Source: Epiperipatus broadwayi (taxonomy: Eukaryota; Animalia; Onychophora). Taken from it: 64,000 bases of DNA. The DNA is taken from contig JAQFVV010000005.1 in assembly GCA_028023455.1 (NCBI GenBank), positions 186,001-250,000 of the forward strand. Reading direction: 5' to 3'. The notes under the pieces are model-generated. The model was not told where the DNA came from and made no database searches. It was given only the letters and a program-made list of their open reading frames with translations. Shown here one piece after another: positions 50,251 through 64,000 of this stretch. The stretch's first letter is position 1. Each line of letters begins with the position of its first letter. The translations under genes and the position numbers were made by a program.

Positions 50251-53200
50251 ATTCACCAACTGCTATTGTGTAAAGAAAGGATTTATTTTAAGTTTTAAAT
50301 CTATATAAAAATTTTTTTTTTAATAAGAGTGAAAGTTATATATATATATAACAATATTTGCTTTAAGACATGCATATATAATGTGAGAGTACCATATGAG
50401 CCTCACCTAAAACAATTTGTGTTTCTTTGTGAATTTAACTGTGCCTATATCGAATCAACAGATCTTACACCTATCTTAAGCTTTTCATGTATCAGCTATA
50501 TATATATAAACTAGTTAGTATTAAAAGAATAATTCTAAAAATGAATAATTCTAGTTTATTTATACACACACATAAATAAAATGTTTCTAACTAATAGTAC
50601 TTTTTTTTTGTTAATATAAAACTTGACATTTGACAAAGCCTTAAGTCAACATTGCATTTTTATCAGTTGAAACAAAGGAAATAAACGTTTGGGGTTCATT
50701 ACAAATTGTATATTTTGAACAATAGAGCGTGAGCGTGATTATGTGATATGCTTGCTGAAATTAATCCAGTATAAAAACGAACTAATATTGTTATAACAAT
50801 AATCTTCTATTTAGTTATCAGTTTGTAAATTTAAATGAGTTCGAATTTAGAACACATTTAAGAAAAATTAAAAAAAAAAGAAGATTCAATATTTTAAAAC
50901 CTGCTCCAAGTAATTAATTTACTGCCTTTGAATATTATAAAGAACTATAAAAAAATAATTAGTGAATTTAACAAGGTTATAAAAGTTATCAACGTCTTCG
51001 AAATGAGCTTTCAAAATATAAATTTAAGAAGACAAAAATTTATAAAGATGTTCTTTGGCTAGATAATTTATGCCAGAGATTTCTACTGATGTTTTAAACC
51101 CGAACATGTAAATTTATTCCTACTTAATCAATGCCTAAAATATAATCATCGTAATTCTCATTTAAAAAGCTGCATTAATATTGGAGTATTATATTGAAGA
51201 AGATGTTAAATATTTTACTACATAAATATTTAAAGAATGAATATCTGGATTGCCTCTTCGAAGGATGATCAATGAACTTTATGTTTCAACATTCATCATC
51301 ATTTTATTTCGTCTAAGGAGGGATATAAAACCGCATTCTTTCTCGTCTTGGATTACTTCATTGTATAATTTAAGAACTCTTAAACTTTATTTCCTTTGTG
51401 GATAATTATATTTACTTAGAAAAATTACTTCGGATATTAAAGTGGAGAACTGATAAGATGAACACTTTATTTTTTTTTATTTATTTAATAAAATTTAGAT
51501 GTTGATATTTTGATATATACTCTGATGGAAATGACAGCTGACTAAGGTAAACGTTTTTAAATTATTTCAATTTGGAAGTAAGTTTTATTATATTCCAAAT
51601 TGAATCTTACATGACAATTAACATAACATATTTTTAAACATACATAACTAATATCAGAATACATTCTATTATTAATCTAGTGTGAATGGATGTTATCTTA
51701 TATAGGCATATAATACACACTGAATTATTTTAGTGACACAATAGGCAGATTTATAATGTATCATGTGTATTTATTATACGCATGATTTTAAATTATATAT
51801 ATATGTAAATGATTACATTATTATTTTTTTTTTTGAATATTAAATAATTTATTAGTGTATATAAGCACAGATTATAATTCTAAATTTTAATGTTTTTATG
51901 TGATAATATTTTGTTTTTTATTACGGATTAAAATGTGTTAAACTTGATTTTAAAATTAAACAGGTCTCGTTTGTTTATTTTATTTAGTCGTTTTATAAAA
52001 CCAATATTTATAAATATACATACTCATGCATATATATGTTAAATCAACTTAGTGATTTAATATTTATAAAGAAGTTATATATAGCTTATATTAAATTTAT
52101 TATTACTATGGGATATTTGTGGAAATGCCTGAAGAGAGTCGATTGCAAATTTCTACTCTGAGCTCGAATTCCGAGAGTAACGAGGTTATTAATAGAGGAG
52201 TGAATTGGATTATATTTTAAATAACATCATCCATGGCATTCTATAAGAAGACTCAAAGTCCGACTATAGTTAGATGCGACTTCCTCGAGTTCTGAAAAGG
52301 ATCGTCCCGTTATAATAAGTTCAAAACTTATTCTACAGAATTTGAAAGCACACTTCATTCTTAGAATAAAAGAAAGAACATTAGAATAATATAATAGCAA
52401 ACCAACAGAATAAAGTATATTACAATAAGGCAAAATAAAAAAAAAGATATTCTAATCAGTACATGGCAAATGCAGCATTCAATAATCAATTAGTCAAATC
52501 AAACTTGTTTTAGTCATTCGGAAATTGTTATAAGTAAAAACAAACAAGCTATTACCATAAGTGTTATGTTTACATTTTCTTAAAATTCTGACGATACAGA
52601 TAAAGACATTTAATATTATTTACCATAGTAAACTTTGCTAAAAGTCTTCTAAGACTAATAAAAATTATATGTAATAAATTATACATAAAATTTGACCCTA
52701 TCCCCAATCAAAATAAACTTAGAAAAAAGAAATACAAGTTGGAGAAAAAAAAAATGTGAGTGATAGCAGGGTATACTGAGTGTAAGAATAAATGATGCGA
52801 AACAAATGATATATAAGTAAAAAATAATGTTACTAAAAATACTTGATGTAGAATTGAATAAATTTATTTTAACAACTGACGAATTATGAATAGCAAAAAA
52901 AGAATGTAAAAAAATATTATAGTAGTGATCAACTTTATTTTATAATGTACAAAAGGTATACATTTTTTTGGCATAAATATTTTTAAAAAAATAAAAAAAT
53001 TAGGACTGGTTAGGGTGGGAAAATATTTAATATTATGAATAGTTTATTTATCCCAGAGATATGAGAATGAAGGAAATACAATTTAAAATATAAATGCTAA
53101 GTTATATATATATATATTTAAATAACTAATGCTCTTTTAATTCATATGCAGTATCTACTTCTAAAATTAAAACCAATTATTTTATTAAAATAAAACATGA

Positions 53201-55616
53201 CTAAGGATTGATAATGTTAATTAAAATGTACAAATTGACATGGACAAAATTTTAAATTTATTTTTTAAAAATTCAAGCTGTTTTTTATTTTAATAATACA
53301 GTAACTGAAAAAAAATTATGACTATTCAAAAAAGTAAATAAATACTTTGTTCATTTTGGCAAAAAAAATAAATTAAGAATCGTTTTTTTTTTTTTTGGAA
53401 TCAATTAATTACATTTATAATTAGAAATGAAATTAAAACTTTATTTTAATTAATAATAAAAATTGTGTTAATATAAATCGGTTATTTTTTCCATCACTTT
53501 TATTTTTTTGTCAACTGTACTTTTAATGCATTAAAAATTTATTAAAAATAAAAATTTGAGTACCTCATATTCATCAATATGATTGGAAAGAAGGAGGGTG
53601 GGGAGGAGGACTATTTATATGTAATAATGGAAGACAGATAATGATTTACTTTTTTTAAAAAATTATTATTAAAATATAGACACTACACATGCAAAAGAAA
53701 CACTAAGGGAAAAAAAAGAGATCTCCATGTATTTCCTTCATCATAAAAAAAAAAGGCAAATAAAAGGTTGACAAATAACAAAAATAATATATATTTTTTT
53801 ATTTTACACACTATTTATATAAATATTATACTTACAAAAAAAAATTGAGCAATTAAAATCATATAAAAGAGAAATGATCATATTTACAAAAGAAAAAAAA
53901 ACCAAAAATTGTACAATATAATAAAAAAAAAAAGTATATTACTCAAATTTTCAAATAAACAGAAAGATGTTAAATGGCACTTGAAAAAATATATTTTGGA
54001 TTCAACAAAATGTATATATACTTTGTTGTAAATAATTTCATCAGCTATTGCTTTTTATTAAGTTATAAAAAAAAAAAAAACCAGGAAGAAAAAAAAGGGC
54101 ACCATTGATTATGAAGTTTGGTACATGAGTATTCCAAATTTTAGATTTTCACTGTTTATTACAATTTTTGACAAAAATGTCAAATATTCGAAATATTAAC
54201 AGTGAATTTGGATTAAAGAATCTAGCAATATCACTGTAATTTTGCACATTAAAATTTAAAGTTCTACACTCATTACTTTATAAACTTTCAAGGGCAGGTT
54301 GGCCATTTATAAGAACATGGGTCTAAAATATTTTGAATTTTCAATATGCAAGATAGTCCAAAAGTCTTGTTACTCACTTTTCATTTTGTATCTTAATTAG
54401 TATTATTTTCAAATTTATCTAGATCCTATGGAATAAAATTCAAGCTCACTCTCAATTAACTTTAATGATTTTTTTGCATAAATATATCTGCTAAAAAGAA
54501 TGCCCTCCCAAAAACCTAGAAACTTTTCATATAGCAATGTTCTGCAGAACAAACTATAGAAAAAAGACTAACTAAAAAAAGTTGTGAGATTTAGTGTTAC
54601 CAAACTTAACGTGACATAAAAATGTAGAATTATTTTATAGTAAGCAACTTAAGACTATTAAGAGGATATGTAATTGTGAATCTCACTGTAATGTTTTACA
54701 TTTTAATAGTTCATAAATATAAGCTACATTTTCTCATTTTTTAAAAATTATAAACCAATGCACAATATGATAGGAATCAAGACTTTTGGATCTATATTAT
54801 GCAAAAACAACAATACAGCCATTGAATAATGATGTTTACCAGATTGCTCAAACAAATATTTGTTCATTTTTTAAAAGTAAAATACAAATAATTAAAAAAA
54901 TCAACTTATCACAGAATAAAATAACTTTTTTTTCCCAGTAAACAAATTCTATTTACATCAGTTTCGATATAAATTAGTAGTACTATAATAATATACATGC
55001 ACTTGCATATGTTTATACAAAAAAAAAATGGCTAGCTGTGTCATTTTGCATTGTTCTTTATAAAAACAACAAAAAATATATATATTTACACTATATACAT
55101 AATTAAAGTGGATCAAATTAAAAATAAAAACCATTAAAGTTTTTAAGATCATTAGTAAATCATGTGACCCATTATCAATATGTAGTTATCTTATGATATT
55201 AAATAAGATTAGTTAAAAACAAAAAACAAAAATGATTAATCTATTTGCAAATTTCAAAAATGCACTTAATGAAAAATAACTAAAAATATTAAGCATTAAC
55301 AAACAGTTAATTATGATTGTTTTTTCATGATTTATTAAACTTTCAATTCGAATTGACTATTAAATTAATAATTTTAAATGCTGTTTATGATAATCACTTC
55401 AAAATCATTTCAGAAATAGGTTTTTATAATAGAAGATACTTGTATTGGGACAACAAAAACAGCTAATAATTTTACTTTTTTCCATTTTTAGTTACTGTAA
55501 TACAAATAAAATCCACAGTACTTAGTTTTTATCACATTTTAAAATTTTGGAGATGGTCAACTATTAAATATAAAAGACTTACACATTACCCCATTACCAT
55601 CTTTGAAATATTATGG

Positions 55617-55834
55617 TCAGTCATCTTCATCATCCACTGAGTGATCGGACAACAAATAAACGACAGCTTCATATGTTGCCATCATAATAGCAGTATTTGG
55701 AATTTGACGAACCAATTGAGCTGTTAATCCTTTGTACAATCCACGATAACCTTCCTCTCTAAACACAGTAGTTATTGTTTGTAAAAAACCACGGTACTTT
55801 TCTCCTTCCTCACGTAACCGAGTTCTTGCAACCT
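55617..55834 (-). CDS. SLC25A36: Mitochondrial pyrimidine nucleotide carrier (SLC25A36/SLC25A33, Rim2-like), last coding exon
   Basis: ttttag|AG GTT GCA... encodes (E)[79 protein letters not shown] and [16 protein letters not shown] are diagnostic. Upstream exons were not found in the window. Confidence 0.93.
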
Positions 55835-57546
55835 CTAAAATATTAATGAAAATATAATAATTTTATAATTACAGTGAACACAGTTTTAATAATTCAATTT
55901 ATAAATAATAAATAGCACCAAAAATAATAATAATGATAAATAAAACTTAACTGTCAGAAAAGTTAATTTTTTATAACTATTTAAAAATACTGATATGCAA
56001 GTTATAATAATAAATAGATTTGTTTTATAAGTCTCTTGGCAATGGAAACAGTGTTCAAACAATAAAAAAAACCCTCGTCTTAAACAAAAATTATTATAAC
56101 ATTAAGTAGTATACTAATTAAACTTATTATATTGGTGATTAAAGGCAAGTTAACTTTTTTGCAAATGTTAACTAATGCAAAATAGAAATTATTTAGTTTT
56201 TACAGAATAAGTTTTAATACTTAATAAAAAAAAAAAAGCTAATTGTAATATATGATGATGAAGGGGAAATTGCTAGATAAGCTGCCCTGTATTTTAAACA
56301 AAAAAATGAAAGGAAAAGAATTAATTGATAAATATTTGTTTATATAAAAATGTTAAATATGCTTTTAAAATTACTAATTATAGGATTATTATTACTTGAA
56401 ATTTACTTTTAAATTAAGAAAAATTCTGTAATTGAATTGTACTACTACTAAAAATGATTATTAAGCAGAAAAAATATAAAACAATGTTAAATATAACCTT
56501 AATCCATTTTGCGTGCAGAGCAACCTTTCAAGAATGCTTGCTTTTAAAGCAGGTGCTTTGTATTAAACATGCTATAAGGTTATATTTAATATTGTTTATA
56601 TTTTCTCTATTTAGGAAGCATTTTTATAAATATACTCACATAATAGCATTTACTTTGATTAAAGTTAGAAGATTTTATCAAAAAATATTTATTTTTATTA
56701 CAATATAAAAATTCTGGACTACAAAATTGGGCAAACATTTTAAATGTCTTTATATTATTGTTAAAATCAAAATTAAAAAAACAAAAACAAATGGCTTTAT
56801 TGCTCAGTAGTTCATAAAAATTTTGAATACTAGATACACCTAAAGTGGAATTGATTTGAGATCTCATACTCTCTACTGAATCAATATACCATTGCACTAA
56901 AACACACAGTCCAAACAAAATTAATAGTATTACATTTATATTAATTATCACCCCTCCCAAAAAATGTTATATAAAGCAGTATTTGTTAAAGTTTCAATAT
57001 CTTTGATTTATTATGATCTTGGTTAAGTCTCTTTTTTATCAACAACATTATGGAAAGCAAGCTAACAAAAAAAAAAAAAGAATTTTTGATTAGATTGAGT
57101 ATAAGCATTTTATTTGAAAAACAAATGTTTAGACTGAAATTGTTTTATTTTGGACATATGAGATGACTTTAATTAAAATGAAAATATAACGATTGGTAAA
57201 TCAGGAGAATGGACTTGGTCATCACAAATGATATGGTATTGTAAATTATGAAGATCCTAAATAAATCATTCAAGAAAAATAGTTCTTCAATGATCAAAAG
57301 ATGATAAAAAATTTGCTAGATCCTAAGTGAGCTATAAATGAAGTACTGCTAATCCAATTTTCCTATAATCCAGTAACTTCGACCAGTCAGACATAGAAAC
57401 TTTTAAATTTCTTGACTATTTGACTTCAATATTTTAATGAGTAATGATCTTGAATCCAAACTTATTAAAAAATAATAAACACACTATAGTAAATAAATTA
57501 ACATACGTACACACATAAAATAAAATTAAAGAAAAATATAATTCAC

Positions 57547-58811
57547 GGTAATCATCTGAAATCCAGACACGGCCGCTTGATGGTGTTGATGCTATACAAA
57601 ATCAATCAAATGTAACATTACCGGGCAACAACTTTTTTTTATATAACATGATTTTTTTTTTTGATTAAACAAATTTTTATATTCATTTTCATTGTTTTTT
57701 TTAATCTGTCATTTTTTTTTATTCAACAAATTTTGATAATTTAACTTTGTGTTTATTTTTCTGATTTTAAAACTTTTGACTGTTTCACTACGAAAAAACT
57801 TCTTTTAACCCCGCCGAAAAAATATAATACAATTATTTGGGACTTGTTTCGACTTTTTTTTTTTTTGTTTGACTAAATTGTTTTTCTTCTTATTAAATCA
57901 AAAGTAACTTTTGTGATTTTGGGAGTTAAAAAATTGTTTTGAAACCCCCACCCCCGGATAAATAATTGTAACAAGAAGTCAATATTATTTTTTTTTTAAA
58001 ACAACTTTTTTTCACTTTTTACTTTTATTTATATTTCATTTAAATTAGCCTTTTTTTTTTGGCTTCTATAATAAACAGCTTTTTGGGGGGTTTCATACTT
58101 TGTTATTATTAACAAAAAGTAAACAAAAATAGTAATTTATTTTAACCCCCACTGAAAAAAGATAATCCAAATATTTGTCAATTTCTAATGAAATAAAAAA
58201 TACACAAACTTTATTTTTATTTCTTATTTTATTGCTGTAATAAGAACAGTCTGGTATTTGGGGGACATTATGTGCCCGAAAAAAGGACAGTTTCACTTTC
58301 TGTACTCGGCAATTCTGAAAAGTTTAAAAATTGCACGTTCTTCTCAGACATTTTATTGGACTTGTATATTTTCCATGCTGAAACATGACTTAGCGCGTGT
58401 GCTTTGTCGAAGCATGTTCGAACATACCCGTTGCCAATTTTTTTACATATTAACATTTTTTTAGGGAAGGGTGGGGACCATACGACAATTATTAGTAATT
58501 AACAACATTATTTAAATATAAATCACATTACTCTATTATGGAGATTTAAAAAGTTGTACCAATTTGCAATTAAAACACCCTCAGGCGATACGGTAATCAG
58601 CTATGAATAGAACAAATACGCATAAATAGTTTCAAAGCATAAAACAGGCCATAATATTTTTGTGCAATGTCATGTAAAGCGGCCTGCTAATGTGTAATAC
58701 AATATAAATGTTGTATTAGCTGTAAGGCCGGCTGCAGAAACGGCATTTTTATGTGTTTTGACACATAAACAATGCCATCAAGCAGCCATGCCCGGATTTC
58801 AGATGATTACC
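57547..58811. mobile_element. Non-autonomous Merlin DNA transposon
   Basis: About 42-bp TIR GGTAATCATCTGAAATCC...GCTTGATGG at both ends. 8-bp TSD TAATTCAC at 57539-57546 and 58812-58819. TIR motif shared with 62170-63889. Confidence 0.9.
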
Positions 58812-60693
58812 TAATTCACTAACAGGTTAATTACAATGAGCTGTTTTATTTTTTAATGATTAAATGACAATTTTGAATTCCCCTCTAGAAAACTGCAACT
58901 GCATTATTTTTAGCATCAACTTTTTTTTAAAGAGTCTTGCTATAATTAATCCTTTAAAAAAATTTATGCAATGTCCAAATCTCATAGAATCTTAATTAAA
59001 AGATATCACTATGTAGGATGATGTGCATTTTGAACAGCAAGCAGATGAAAAGGGGGAGGGGGAGCAATTAATGTTTATTTTATTTGACTGCTAGTATACA
59101 AAAATATTGAAAAAGATAATAGAATTAGTCTCATTATTATGCAGTAATTGAATTGAAAAAATTATATTTAAAATGATTTTGCATTGGCATTAAAATATTT
59201 ATTTAAATTTTCAGCAGTATATGGGTGTTTTAAAAATGAAAGAGCAGTCAAAAAAATCGGTTCATAAAAGCTACAAAATCAAGATTTTTGTGTTATCGGA
59301 ATAGCAATAATATTTTATAAAACATATTCATTGATAACATTGCTGACAAAATCACAGTACTATTATTCTGTATTTTGTTTACGTAAAAATATAAATTTAA
59401 ATATATATATATTCTATTTACCATGCCCATAAAAAAAAAATAAAATAAAACCATATAGTAAAATTGTCTGGGTCAATAGATGAAAATTGTTCAATTAGAA
59501 TATAGAAGTATTTTAATGCTTCAACATTTTAAAAAAGTTTACAATCTAAGCAATATTAAAAATGCATTCAACTGCAAATGGCAGATTATTTTAATTTACA
59601 TAAAATGTCTTACAAAACTAAATTCATCCTATGGAGATTAATGTGATTCCAGGCAAAGATGAGTTTGAACTCATTTTACATTATTTATATTTTATCAATA
59701 ATTTGTATACAAAAGCTATATTATTCTAACTAAAAACAAAAATGGCTTTAGTTCTAAATAAGTTTATGATAAATCTTAATTAAAATATTTAGATTTAACT
59801 GAAATATTATAAAATGAATTAGAATTTTTAGAGAATATTAATAAATTATATATATATATAAGGTGTTTGAAGAATATTAGATTTAGGAAATAATTTTTTT
59901 TTGGATGGTATAGAATGTTCTGAAAATTTTAATTAACTCCTTACTAAGCCACTGGTGTTGTGAGCTATCTGCATAATTTCTATGGATTTCCAATCATTTA
60001 ACAGTTGTCTATTTTAATTTAGCTATTGTTGCTAGACATCAGCTGTAATGAATAATGGGGTGGGGGGTAGTTTCCTCTAAGAAATTGCATACTTGCAAAG
60101 TAGAAAGAAAATTTTGATAGTTATTTTACAATGAAGGTGATAGTAAGTAAACACATTTTTTACTTTAAGGTGTTTTTAAATGCTCTAATTGATTTTGGAA
60201 AATCTGTTTGTGTGTTTGTTAACTTTTGATCTTTTTCAAGTTAGAATGAAATTTTAAAATCATATTTAAATTCAAAAGAATTGCTTGAAAATTGATATTC
60301 AAATCCCTTTGAAATGAAACAGAGGGTGGAGAAAATATTCAATAATTTCACATTTTGCAGTTAACAATTATTCTAAGCATTTTCATTTGGTTTAAATATA
60401 GGTCGCAGGAGGGCAGTTTAAATTTTTTTCACTTTTAATTTAAAAACACTTTAAAAACTAATTTAAACTCTTACTGTATATGTATTATGTAATAATAATA
60501 ATACATTTTAACTTATAACAGAAATATCTACTGACATATATATAAACTATAAGTGTCCAGTCAATTTAAATGTGCCAATACTAAAATTTTTTCCAACCAC
60601 AATTGGAGATTTTAAATTTAACTTGAAATAAAAGCATGTCGGGGAAGGGATCCAGAAATTAATTAAGTTAATCCCTATTTTTTATAGGTGCTG

Positions 60694-60853
60694 ATTTAGA
60701 GCATGCTCACCACCATTTTGAATTCTAAGGACTACCCAAAACCACAGCTGACACATCTGAGTGATAAATGATCATCAAATAATCCATAAGGGGTCGCTTG
60801 GATGTGTCAGCAGTGATTCTTAGAATTCAAAATGGCATTGAATGCAGTCTAAA
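60694..60853. repeat. Small foldback / MITE-like element
   Basis: CCATTTTGAATTCTAAG...CTTAGAATTCAAAATGG with inner CTGACACATC/GATGTGTCAG inverted pair. Confidence 0.65.
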
Positions 60854-62169
60854 TACTAAAAGCTTACAATTTCTAAACTACGACTTTTATTACAATGGTG
60901 GTGCGAAGTGCCAAAGTATGTGGGGTGGTGGTGTTTGCCCAACTATACAAAGTATCGTCCCAAAAATGCAGAATTATGATCAAACCAAGTTTATAATTTT
61001 GAAATACTAAAAGCTTATAACTTCTAAAATACAAATTTTATTACAATATATGCCTATAAGCACATGTTGAATTAAGGTAAAATTGATCTAACTAAGCTAA
61101 TAATTTAAAAAAACTAAAAGCTTACCAACTTTCTAAAATACAAATTTTATTACAATATATGCCCATAACCATATGAAATAAAATATATTAATTTTACAAT
61201 TAATGGGATTTTTTTCTTACCAGAAACTCAGATGTTGCATGCTTTATTCCAAATAGTTAGAACGAAAAAAAAGTTATTCATTCACATTTGATCTCCTGAC
61301 AAGAATATTGGATCTACATTTGATCATGTGAGGTCCTTATGGGCTCTTGAAATTAATACAAATCTATATATCTATTTACATAACTTTCTATTTATTAACA
61401 TCATCAAATATATACAAATTTTAAACGAGAAAAACACTAACCATTTCACCATCAGTAGGTAGCGTTAGCATCTCTGAGAAATTTAATGAATAAATCTTTG
61501 ATTTAGATTTTTTTTATCTATCCTCCAGCAAATAATGAAATGTTAGAAATGAAGCACACAACATTATTCACTTTGGTAAAAAAAAATCTGATTTATTAAT
61601 TGTAAAATTAATATTCTTTACTTTAGACAATTATTCTTTTAATTAATAATGTTAAGATAAAATGCAATTTATTATTAGTTGTAGAATATGTTTCAGCAGT
61701 TGTTTCTACATTTACTTAACATTTATGTTATTTCACTATGTAGTTATAGGCCTATATTGTAATAAAATTCGTATTTTAGAAGTAATAAGCATTTAGTATT
61801 TCGAAAATTATAAGCATGTTTTGATCAATTTATGTTTACTAAACATGTGGTTTTTTAATTAATATATGTGTCCATTATTTTTTCATCTACTTTTTGCTGT
61901 TGAAGTATTTTAAATTCGTATTTTAGAAATTATAAACTATTAGTATTTCAAAATTTATTCATTTCTCCCAATTTTTATATTTTGTAGATTTTAGTCAAGT
62001 GATTTAATCAAGCATAATTGTATAAAATTTGTGCTTTTAATTTTTTAATTATTGAAGTAAATTGTGATTTTTGTAACGAATGGTCATATCGCAACAATGT
62101 ATGGATTATTCAATATCATTTATTGCTTGGATATATCAATGGTAGTTTTAGGCGGTCCTTAGAATTCAA

Positions 62170-63889
62170 GGTACTGATACATTTGACAATCCATCACGCT
62201 TGATGGCATTGTTGCTACAACAAAACATATCGATATAACGTTACCAGGCCGTTACATTTTCTGTAATATTTTAAAAAATAAACAATACACATATGATTTT
62301 TTAAAATAACGTTATTTTATTCTTAAACATTTTATTAAATTCTTTTAATTTATTAATAACAATCTTTTTTTTATATAAACTCTTTTAATTTATTAATAAC
62401 AATCTTTTTTTTATTACTTTCACTTGTAAAAAATGTTCGTTGGTGATTTTTTTTGGGGTAATGTTTCTTTTATTGATTCAAATATAGTTTTATTGTTTGT
62501 TTTTAAACAACGCCTCATAACAGAAAATAGAATTTGGCCAATACAGAAACAAATAACATGAACAAAAAAAGAAGCAACTCCTACTTCTCACTGGTGCACA
62601 GTCATCTCTTCTAGGATAGCACAGAACAGGTCTTGATCCTTTTTCAGCCGATGCCACATAAATTCTACCAGGTAGGTGTCGATAGCTGTGCTGCGTATTC
62701 ACTTGTTCTACCATTTCAGACAGCCTCAAAGACGTTCAATGTTCTGTGTATGGACGCCACTTCCAGGATCCACAAAGTTGTATTTGGGGTTCACTCTTAG
62801 AAGTTTAAATCCTGCAGCTTCCAAATCGGAACTTCAATAACATTTCCAGCAGTCTGAATAGATGCTGGAGTGAGGCTTGATGTTGTCATGGATAGTGGTA
62901 GAGTGGGAGGAATGGCCGTCGCAAAACACTTGCCTATCTCACAACACGTACCACCAAAAATCCACCGCTGCAGGAGAACCCTACCCTGGGGTTTTTGCAT
63001 TGACCGAAAAGCATTTTGTCAACTTTGACAATCATGCCGGGACCGCCTATTAAATGGCATAGATGCGAAATGAGGCTTCCGCAACAGTCCTCGTAGAGCT
63101 TGAGTCCACTTTATAACCGTACCTTTGGACAACTCCAATTCTGAGGGCACATAGGGTACTGTAAGCTCATCCCTGCTCCAGTAGTATATCACGCGTAAGG
63201 CTTTCACAAACTCAATTTTGTAGCTGTCAAACCATGTGTCGTTTCGAACGGAACAGCTTCGATGGCAAGAACTCGCTTGACATTCCATCTCGTAGGTCCT
63301 GCATTTCCTTAGAACCATCTACCTTCCACAGGCACAGGTCTTATGTGTTGGTAGAACTTTTTTATCTGGCAGGAAGGCCATAGCGGACGCTTCTGTATTA
63401 GGCAAGAACAACAGTTTGAACAAAACCTTGTTTTCAGTGTCAACCATTTTTTCAGTCTCGCAAGGTAAGAGACTTTCACATGATATTTGCCTAATTTTAA
63501 CATTTCAGACATTTGGCCTGCTAACAGGGGGAGGATGAGGTTGGGTAGAGTATGACAATTTGTAGGACTTCCAACTACTTCATGTAGGTTTGACAAAAAA
63601 TATTTCTGTTTGCGGATTGGTGCACTTTTAGTCATTAAAACTATTCACACCCTCTCATGAGACGGTAGCGATATGTTAATTGTCAGCATTTGTAAAGAGT
63701 GTAAACAACACATATCAGCCAGAACCGCATACGATGTGCGTGAATTGTGAGAGAAATTGATCGCAAAATACGCTGAATGTCAATTGCTGATAGGAATTGA
63801 GAACTTGGCCCAGTTAAATGGTATTTTGACCCACTTTCAGCTAGCAACAATGCCATCAAGTGTGATAGATTGTCAAATGTATCAATACC
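62170..63889 (-). mobile_element. Full-length Merlin (IS1595/ISXO2-like) DNA transposon
   Basis: 48-bp TIRs at 62170-62217 and 63842-63889. 8-bp TSD GAATTCAA at 62162-62169 and 63890-63897. Internal transposase pseudogene. Confidence 0.95.
62588..63447 (-). pseudogene. Merlin DDE transposase (ISXO2-like) pseudogene
   Basis: TCACGR*...CHRSCSVRNDTWF, IGGPGMIVKVD, RWIFGG, YNFVDPGSGVHTQNIERL, YLVEFMWHR. Several stops and frameshifts. Confidence 0.92.
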
Positions 63890-64000
63890 GAATTCAAACT
63901 GGTCGAGAGCACACTCTAAACCAGTACCTTTTATACTGGATCCTCCCATGCTTTTATTTCATGTTAAGTCTAAAAACTCCAATTGTGGTTGAAGAAACAA

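Noticed and set aside
51499-51546. 48-nt segment with good acceptor and donor (tttag...AAG|gtaaac)
   Set aside because: All three frames contain a stop and no partner exon was found; such matches are common by chance in AT-rich DNA.
1-64000. CRISPR arrays, rRNA, intact tRNA genes, prokaryotic operons
   Set aside because: None seen; the tandem repeats lack unique spacers and the DNA is eukaryotic with spliceosomal introns.

Overview
This is very AT-rich eukaryotic DNA, probably from a protostome invertebrate (inferred from the swiprosin sequence). Two host genes are recognisable. The last three coding exons of an EFHD2/swiprosin-1 EF-hand gene lie on + (17732-17879, 25978-26112, 33559-33699); I could not find its first exon. 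The last coding exon of an SLC25A36/33 (Rim2-type) mitochondrial carrier lies on - (55617-55834). The rest is mostly transposon debris: an L1/Tx1-like 3' end, several RTE/RTEX-like LINE fragments (one nested inside an older copy of itself), Penelope-like RT/GIY-YIG remnants, two Merlin DNA elements with TIRs and 8-bp TSDs, and a pogo/Tigger-like MITE. The most striking feature is a set of non-coding repeats from several families that carry type I hammerhead ribozyme (HHR) motifs. The main family has a 433-449 nt tandem unit with one HHR per unit (retrozyme or Penelope pLTR-like). These insertions recur as head-to-head inverted pairs with their 3' ends pointing outward, flanked by 10-13 bp TSDs. 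One HHR lies in sense about 140 nt upstream of an EFHD2 splice acceptor, and one Penelope pLTR appears to contain a tRNA-derived Pol III promoter. All calls were made by eye; no database searches or folding calculations were run.
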